From Nymphaea colorata (lineage: Eukaryota), in assembly GCF_008831285.2 (NCBI RefSeq), contig NC_045138.2:16678001-16742000 (forward strand): DNA of 64,000 nt, in the 5' to 3' direction. The position numbers and the translations under genes were made by a program. Below the pieces are notes generated by a model. The model saw only the letters and a list, made by a program, of their open reading frames with translations. It did not search any database and was not told the DNA's origin. Shown here piece by piece: positions 55,401-64,000 of this stretch; the first letter of the stretch is position 1, and every line of letters starts with the position of its first letter.

Positions 55401-58400
55401 AAACTAAAGATGAGGTTAGAAAAAGATGCCAAACGAATGTTGAAGTCAAAGTAAAGAATACGCTGGGACTTGCATTGATGGCTATAGTTGCTCTATTTCA
55501 TAGCTAGAGAAAAGGAAATAAATAGCTACAGATGAGAGAACTCCTTGAAAATAGGACAGGAAAGAGGGAGGGGGAGACTGAGAAAGCTTGTCTTACATTC
55601 TTTTTCCTTCAAAGATTACTAATGGAATGTTGTGCTTAAATGCAAGAAAAAATCACACCTTTTTCTTAATTTTTACTGTTTTGCGAGTCTCAATGGCCAA
55701 CAGGTGCCTGAGGAAATGCCAGTTGTGTCTCATATGGGATCACAGTCTATGTGTTCTCGAGGAGTAATTTCATGTAACAACCCTGAAATGTTGTGGGATC
55801 ATCTTCATTTGTGTCTCTAATGGATCGATGTAAGAAAAGTAGTTTTCAAACTTCAAAGCATAGTGGATTGTAGCAGAAGATATCTTTATCCAAGCAAATA
55901 TGATAGTGGAAATTCATGTTTATATGGAGAAAAATAATACATAAAGGCACCTGCAAAGTCAGAGGGTCAAAGAGTGCAATATAATGATTAGATTCCCCTA
56001 GTATTATGAGAACCTTCATTCTTACTGCTGAAGTGAATCAGGTAATATTAAATACCTAAGTGTAGCACGTTCAGGCACTTGTCATCTTTTTGCTCCTCTT
56101 CCTTGCAACAGAAGTGTTTCTTGTCGTTTGCTACTTTTCATTCTTTTGGCATGTACATCATGACAACAATAGTCATTTGTGAAAGAGAGAGGCTTCTGCG
56201 CTCAAACAGACGGTGCTTTTTGTACAGAAGATTGCTATTAATGTAAGCTCGCTGAGTTTTACATGCCTGGAGAAATTTTTTTAGAGTAGACAATCTTTAT
56301 TTTCTTTTAAAAATTTTGCTAAGTGTTTTCAGAGAAATTGAAAAACCCATGGCTGAAATTCTAAACCTTCCAATTGGATACTCTTTTTGGGCATGTATTA
56401 GGAACATCTTAGATCGACTTCCTCCCTGATTAGGGACTAGTACTGATTTCTTCTTCTTTACTTATCCTCTTTTTTAACTTCCCTCTCTAGACTTGCCATC
56501 TGATTCTTTTCAAGAGCGGAAGGTTCTATACAAGTTGGTGTCTGGGTTACATTCTTCCATTTCAGTTCATATTGCTGCTGAGTATCTCCTTGATGAAGCT
56601 ACCAATCTGGTACTGTTCCTACTTTCCTCGTAGCATGTTTCTAATACATTAATACTGGTGTTTGTTAGTGCAAAATTCATGTACGTGTGATATTTTCTAT
56701 ATTACTTTTTATTGCATGCAGTGGGGACAAAACCTTGAATTACTATATGACCGCGTGCTGAGATACCCAGAGCGTGTCAGGAATTTGTATTTCACTTTTC
56801 TGTTCGTCCTTCGGGCAGTAACGAAGGTAATGTTTTATTTGGTATACTTTTACTGGGGGTATGTGCTCTTGGTTTTTCATAACATCCTTTCACATTTTTT
56901 CACATGTTTCATGAATGTTTTGTTTATTCATCAGAAAAGCTTGTGAAAGTATTTTAAAATTTGATGGAGATAAATTTTCTTCTTTAAGTGCTTATTTTGG
57001 CCAACTTTGAGGAGTAAGGCAAAGATGAGTTATAAATAAAGTATTGATGCCTATTTGGTTCAGGAAGAAAAAGTGATCATTCGATCACCTCTCTATTTGT
57101 AAATGTGCTGTGAAAGGTTATAAAAATGTGGGCAATAATGTTCTTATTATGGAAGATCCCTTATGCACCCTAAAAAGACTTAGTTCGTCACGCTAGCTCA
57201 AACCATACATGGACAGCAGTGACCTTTCCATAGATTGTTTAGAATCTAATAAGGCCTACTGGTTTCATCTTTAACATAATTAGCATGATAGACAATGTGT
57301 TGTACGAGTCAGGTTTGTGTCCACGTTGGTCAAGCATATCCACATCATGAATGGTATTAAGAATGGTCATTGGTTAGCTATTCTGGTTGTAATAAATCAG
57401 AAGATTTTATAATAACAATTTGTGGCGACATCTTTGGCAATGTGATTCTTTCCTTATTTTGTGTAGTTTTAGTCCGGAGAAGTGTGGTGAAATTTACTAT
57501 CTATTGTCATTAAGAATGTTTAGAACATCTTGGTACTAAGGCCTTCCCTTCCTATTACATAACCACAAGCAGTTCCGAGGACTTCATTTTTTTCTTTCTC
57601 AGCGCCATCTTATGGTCAAAATGTGTTATGTCTGCATGTGAAGGATATACTTAAATTATTATGCTCTCTTCTGTTGGTTAGGTCACTTACTATCAATGTG
57701 TGCTTGATGAAAATGACTGTAGCTTTTCGATGGCATTGTTTGTGAAGTCAATCTCCTTTGTGTGCTCCAGGCAGCTGATTATCTTGAGCAGGCTGAATAT
57801 GACACTGGCAACGCTGCTGACGACCTCAAGACACAGTCCCTTGTAAAGCAGCTGGTCTTCAACCCTAAGCTACAAGCTGCATGCCCACTACCTTTCGATG
57901 AAGGAAAGTTATGGAAGGGCCAGAACGGACCCAACTTAAAGCATGAGATTCAAAAACAGTTTAGGAATATAAGGTTTTGCTTGAGACCTCTAGATTATTG
58001 AAGGCATATTATTTTCATTATGGTTTTTTTCACCGCCTTCGTCCTTACAATGTGACTTTTTAACAGCTCAATTATGGATTGTGTTGGGTGTGAGAAATGT
58101 CGGCTCTGGGGAAAACTTCAAATTCTTGGGCTTGGTACAGCATTGAAGATCCTTTTCTCTGTTGATGGTGATGACCGCGTAGATCAGCCTGTAAGAGAAT
58201 TGATGTACCATCATTGGGTTCAAGCTTTCGATGAATTCTCATATGTTTATAAATATGTCTGCCAGCTTCCTAATTGTTTTTATTTCTACCATGAACTAAT
58301 TAACTGATCATGTTACATGCCACAGCTTCAGCTACAGCGAAATGAAGTAATTGCTTTGCTGAACCTTCTCAATAGATTGTCAGAATCTGTTCAATGGGTA

Positions 58401-58478
58401 AAAGAGATGGGGCCTGCTGCTGAAAAAATCGTGGAGGGACATCGATCCTCAGCTAGTGTTGGTACGAGCAGTTTGTAG
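49490..58478 (+). CDS. ERO1: Endoplasmic reticulum oxidoreductin 1, about 455 aa, 9 exons
   Basis: Exons 49490-49657, 50901-51032, 53669-53924, 54000-54107, 56491-56609, 56722-56826, 57771-57973, 58067-58190, 58326-58478. N-terminal hydrophobic anchor, [44 protein letters not shown] (shuttle cysteines), [17 protein letters not shown], inner site [25 protein letters not shown]. Confidence 0.96.
51940..52383. mobile_element. hAT-type MITE in ERO1 intron 2
   Basis: TIRs ctaagtcacataggtac / gtacccatgtgacatag (15/17), perfect 8-bp TSD gttatagg, gtaccc subterminal repeats. Confidence 0.85.
52960..53462. mobile_element. hAT-type MITE in ERO1 intron 2 (related to 11965-12366)
   Basis: Ends tagggctg... 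/ ...caccccta, perfect 8-bp TSD gtgataaa, gagct/gctca subterminal repeats. Confidence 0.8.
55085..55205 (-). mobile_element. Possible decayed LINE zf-RVT fragment in ERO1 intron 4
   Basis: With frameshifts reads [18 protein letters not shown].../CKMC, resembling the PxKIKxFxWxxxxGKxLT...CxxC pattern. Recognised by eye only. Confidence 0.3.
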
Positions 58479-59000
58479 CCATTTTTGTGGTACTGGTATG
58501 ATTTCTCACCCTCTGCTTTCTCTAGTCTCAGCTAGTGTCGTTATTATTAAATGTGGTTTCTTTTCTTGGGATTAGCAGCATGCTGGAGTTGTTTGTTATT
58601 CAAACCGCTGTTGAGTCAATTGCATCTATGGATCATGAGAGCCTAAATTTATTAGTTCCCAGAGTTGGCAAATGCTGAACCTCAATTTTATCAAATTAGT
58701 GGAAGAATATGTGAACATTGAGATGGAGGACGTTCTAGAGTTTTTTCTTTTGTATCCGAAGGCACAGGGCATTTATGTCAGATTATGTGCAGAAAAATGA
58801 GAAAGTTGCCTTCTTGGCGTTGTATATTCTTATTAATTGGAATACAATAATGTAACAAATTGTATTTCTTTTCTTCTCCTTGGAGAAACTACTTTTGCTT
58901 TTTGGCAGATAAAAAGAGTTTAGTCTTCGCACCTCTAGTTATATGACGCGACTTAAGTGCACAACGTGCACGCTTGCCAATCTCGATATATATCCACTAG

Positions 59001-59002
<2 letters not shown>

Positions 59003-59073
<71 letters not shown>
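59003..59073. repeat. (AT)~35 microsatellite
   Basis: Directly visible. Confidence 0.97.
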
Positions 59074-59076
<3 letters not shown>

Positions 59077-62000
59077 CAGTGGATTTTTAATACGTCGACC
59101 ATTGGAATGAATCTTTCATTTCCTATTATGAAAAATTTTGGATTTCTAATAATTGACGATTGGGATCTTAGCGTTTGGAAGACAAGCCTGTAATGGATGC
59201 TAGGCCAAGACTGTCCAGCCACCAGCCCTGCGACCGCTACAAAGTTGAAGGGGGTTTTCATCCTCTGAATAAAAGTTTCAGGTTCCAAATACCGACACCT
59301 CGTGTCATTACTTGGAACTGTTGTTCCAAGCATTTTATTTCACGTTTTGGATTTGCATGGAGCTACAATTCCATCTATTAACAAAACCCATTGATTGTAA
59401 AAGGGAAGAAAACATTGTACGAGCTTTTAAAAAAAAGTAACGGGCAGCAAAAAGTGCTCGACATTAAGGTCGTGTTTGGATGAATCATTTTAAAAAATGG
59501 TTTTTGCGAAAATCTGGTTTTTTAAAAATCATTTTTTAATGAGTTTTGAAACTTGGTTTTGGTTTTAGTGTTTGGGTAACATGACAAAAATCACAACGAT
59601 ATCCTACTGAAAATACAATAAAAAGTCACAGTATTTTCAAACTGAGCAAGATTTTGAGAATGACATCATAGCTTCACAATGAGTGTGCTGTAAATAATTC
59701 ACCACAAAGAAACATACGGGTCACTAAAACAATGCGAACATATGTGAGTAAGGAATTCAGTTTCCTTTTTTTTTTGTCAGTTATATCTCCTATTCTCCTT
59801 GGACTTGCTTGATAAGGTACATCCAAACTCCAAAGAAAAGTTCAGCACTACCTTTACTCTGGGACAGGCTGCTAATTATTTTGTATGTCATTGCCATTTC
59901 AAACCAAAAACACATGAAAAGGGCTGCTTTCGGCTAAATTTATAGAAAATCATAGCTGCAAGGCTTATTTATGGCCAATGGTGAAGTATGGGTCCATCAA
60001 CGCAACAGAGTAGCACCGGCATTTGAAGGAGACAAAGCTCAAAGTAAGAAAAGAAGGGAAACAAAGTAGATTCTTCTCTTTAAAAAATTTCTTGGAATGA
60101 GGATGCCCCATTGATGGATCTGATTTTTTTTTTTCTTCTTTTTTTCATTATTGGAGTGGATTTCCAAAACTCATTGGGCATATGGATGTTGATCAGACAA
60201 GAACATGCTCAGTTTTTTTTTTATATATATTTGATTTTTTTGTTTATATGTTTTTCAAAATTCTAGACATATAAATATGTCACCGCGGTAGGCCTGGAGT
60301 AGGCCGTTCAGGCTTGTTTTGTCTTTCTTTTACTTCAACACAATTAAACTTAGTTTAAGTATATTAAAGTTTATCAAAAACAAGAAAGTTTCAAGATTCA
60401 TTTGGATCCATATTGCTCTGGTGACCGTCCAATACTATGCCTGTCAGTTAATATATAAAACGATATTAGTAATAATAAAAAATGCACTAAAGGTCAATAA
60501 AGATCCCAAATACAAAGACCTGATCTACGACTCTCATTCCTTCTGAGGTTTTCGCTATCATAATGATAAAATAGTATTTTTAAGCATATTTTAGCACTTG
60601 GCATTTACTAAAAACTGGAAAAATTATTTCATAAACTTAAGCGTGCATTCGTAATTTCTCAAATTTATAAACAGAGGACTGATTTGTCAATAGGAATACC
60701 GTAGGCCTATATTTGCCATTTTCCTTCAAGTCCAGCGCCGGTTTGGAAAAACAACACTCAAGAAACCCCCCGCCCGCTGCCCTTCTGTAGTAGATGAGCC
60801 GGCGACCATGTCGTCGTCTGCCTCGGAGACGAAAAGATAATTTTTGTTTTTGGTGCGTTTTCGGTCGCGTGACGTTCAGAGAGCTACCTGACCTAGTCGG
60901 GCCTGGAGAAGTCAACTTTTCGAGTGTTCTTCAAGAGGTTGATCTTCCCCTCCACTTCTCCTTCCCCCCATTTTTTTTATGAAGTGTTGATTCCTAAAAA
61001 TTTAGTCGAGTACTCGATCCTTTCTGCATTTGGGTGCGTGAGAGCTTGTTAGTTGGGAGAATTTTCTCTGTCTTATTTTTCTTTTGCCATCATATATGGT
61101 TGAATTTCTTGTAGTGGGAGTGTTGTGTAGTGGACAGTAGATCGCTTCTGAACGCTGCGACTGAAGTTGCATAGCTGCATTAATCGACTTCATTGTCTAA
61201 CAAAAGCAGGGTCTTGAAAAGAAATGGTGGGAATTTAAAATAAACCAAAAAGAATATCATCTTCCAATGTCAACTGCCTTTAACTCATGTGTTTATAGAT
61301 GAAAAATCATTTTCATGCTGTGTGGCAGGTACGTTAAGATTGTTTTGACGACTTTCTTGTCATGATATTGAACAAAATTAGAAACCCTCTTCTAGTTATC
61401 TAGTTTTCCTTTCGTCTTTCAATATTTCTATGATACTTTTAGCACAGTACGTGGAATCTTCAAAATGCATGAGATCTTCTGGCAAACAAGTTTACAAAAG
61501 AATGCGTATAATCGAGCCCTTGAGGGCTTCGTCTTTGTTTCTCTTCTAGAATATAAGCCCTCAGTTTTTGTTCACGCTTGGTTGTTAGAACGATCCTTGG
61601 CAGTTCCATTTATAATGCGTTGTAGGAAATCATCCAATATCCATCTCCAGATTGAGAAAGTCACTCAATCAAGGGGTTGGTTTTATGGTTTTAAAAGTAT
61701 GTGCACGCTTCTGCTAATCTGTGAACGAGGAAAAAAGAAATATACCTCAAGGAGGCTGTACAAGGAGACTGTAGGAACTTCTTTGATGGATCTCCTTGAT
61801 AGATAGCTTGCTTATATTCTTCTGAAGACTCCTCCATCTTTCCCCTTTGTACAGGTCGTGGGGCTCCTTGAGACACCTCTGCAGGCTGGGTCATGGTCCT
61901 AGTGAATTCCTTTTGGTTTTGCAAATGCAAACACCTGATTGCCCTGGAGACTTAGAAACCATTCTCTGTTTATCTATGATCAAACTCTGAACATTTCTGA

Positions 62001-62344
62001 GCTGTCTAATGGGCACATGTAGCACCAAAGGAGTTCATGGCAGGGGATCCCATCATCGACATGCTGTGGAACTGGGCATTTTGGCTTGAACTGTGCACTT
62101 AATTAGCTATTGCCATGTGCTTCTCATCTATATACCTTAATCTCTGTGAAGCATTTTATGGAGCATTCACATAAGCTGGGTTTTGTTGACTCTTGCATTT
62201 TTGAATCGTCACAAAATCTGATCCATGATATGTTGTTCTACTTATTTTGAATTGGCATCATCACATCAAGCTTTCTTCTCCACATCCTGCAGCCCATGTT
62301 GATATTTGTAACTTGTGCATTAACAGAAGTTGGATAGGCTTGCT

Positions 62345-62503
62345 ATGGCGCACAAGGAGAGTGTTGAAGACTGTAAGACTATTGCTGGTCAGTCAAGTGA
62401 GTCCTTAAGTAGTTCAATACAGCACAACATGCAAGTCACCACTTTTACAGAAGATCTGAAGGATATGACACTCCATTTTCAGATTATACAGTTACCTAGG
62501 CAG
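62345..62503 (+). CDS. PAC4: Proteasome assembly chaperone 4 (PSMG4/PAC4), first coding exon; gene continues beyond the window
   Basis: MAHKES...MQVTTFTEDLKDMTLHFQIIQLPRQ|GTAAC matches the recalled plant PAC4 motif VQVTxFxExxxDxTLHFQIIRLxKQ. Acceptor at 62326; probable leader exon near 60790-60937. Confidence 0.7.
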
Positions 62504-64000
62504 GTAACTTTCTTGAACATGTTGTCATATCTTTTGTTATTTTTTTTCTTATATATATTGTCAATAAAAATTTGAGAGATGGTCAAATAAATTGATGTTT
62601 GTTTCTTGTCATGATATCGTTCTAGCAATTTGGGCAAATTGGGTTGCATCTCAATTTTGAGGACCTTTTGCTGTTGAGTATAGCTTTTTGGACTTGGTAA
62701 TTAAGTTGAAGAAAGGTAGTTGTTAGTAAATTCTGTATATTCGGGTGATTTTTTTGCAATAAAGACGAAGGATTCCAATTTTCCAAGGTATTGCCATATA
62801 TGAAGTTTGGTAAGGGAAGCTAATTCAATTTAGGGCATATATATTTTGGTTGTATCTTATAAAATCTTTGCCTCCATGCAAACCATGTGAACATTCATGG
62901 GCTTGAAGAATATTTATTTTCATAAAGTTGTGTTGAAGAATCACATGGTATTCTATTTTTGTTTATCTTGTCGCTTTCTGTTCTTGTGCCATAGGATCAT
63001 AAGAACCGCTAAAGGCTTGCAAAATCAGCAGGATAAAAAACCAAAAAATTGTGCCTTTATAGTGTTAAATATTGTAAAAGAGGTTATGTTGATTAGCTTT
63101 CGTGAGACACCCCTTCATGGGCTACAAATAGGAATATTATTCCCTCATATCCCTAATTCCTCTTTATCTTTCTCTCTATCAGCCATTTGACAACATTTGT
63201 GGACCGTACCATCAATTTAATGGGTTCCACAATAACATTATTCCATGTGATCATTTGCATGGAGGACTCTGATGAGTTATGTGACAGGGGGGTCTTCATT
63301 GTGAACGGTGGGCACTTGCTATTGTTCATATCCTTTCCAATGACAATTCAGAATTGAAACTGTGTCTGTCCTCCTGAAGAATCTTTGGATTCAGAATGGT
63401 CAGTACCGGATTTAGAATGGTGAGTACCTTTAATTAGTGAAGGAAGGTCCAACCCATAGTTACTAGTAAATTAAAAGGATGCAGGAAGCAGTACATGAAG
63501 CAAAGCTGGGAAACAAACATTTTGAAAAATATTACACTAGCATAGATGATGGAATTCAGGAAAGTGTTGAAACAAAGGCAGATTAGTGAATTTTTAAAAC
63601 CTAAAAAAGTGAAGCAGGTTTCCTGGTAACTAAGAGCTAACTAATTTTAGTTAATGTGCTAGAATTAATGTCCCTTATTAATGTTCACCTAAGTAAGATG
63701 GACTCTTCTAAAAGGTTGCCGCACCTGGGTCCTGTCAGATGCAGCTTGGATGCAGCTCGGGCGTGGCTCAACAACAAACAAATTGCTTTCTTTTCCACTG
63801 AATCATTGATAAAAATCATAGTTTGATTTAATTGTTATTTTTATTACTTATAAACAATTTTGTTGCTTTTATTGTTTGTAGATAATTCTATTATGTTCAT
63901 AAATATATATAGATATATAAACGTACTTATCCTCAGAGCGGCTGCACCCATGTGTTTATGAAAAATAAAGCAGCTGCACCTGCACTTGCAACTGAATCAC

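Noticed and set aside
58476..58910. ERO1 TAG as a premature stop before a downstream donor (58496) and acceptor (58908)
   Set aside because: All conserved motifs precede the stop and the length is normal; at most a stop-proximal 3' UTR intron.

Overview
Plant (angiosperm-type) nuclear euchromatin; no prokaryotic features, CRISPR arrays, rRNA or tRNA were recognised. I reconstructed eight protein-coding genes by hand from GT-AG boundaries and frame continuity: a BEL1-like TALE homeobox gene (+), the SNF2 RdDM remodeller DRD1/CHR35 (-), a mitochondrial-type ribosomal protein L7/L12 (+), SUMO E1 subunit SAE2 (+), a small OXS3-family gene with a frameshift at a G-run (-), a clade A PP2C (-), ERO1 (+), and the first coding exon of proteasome assembly chaperone PAC4 (+, truncated by the window). 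Introns and intergenic DNA carry several hAT-type MITEs (four with 8-bp TSDs), two possible decayed LINE fragments, short tandem duplications and microsatellites. I found no convincing novel multi-gene system. The best leads are: ERO1 lacking both cysteines of a normally conserved pair; an intron-spanning uORF cluster ending 1 nt before the DRD1 start, together with a TE-filled DRD1 intron; the OXS3 homopolymer frameshift; complementary (CT)n/(GA)n tracts in a putative ERO1 leader intron; and an unusually long L7/L12 N-terminus. Family assignments come from recalled motifs, not database searches.
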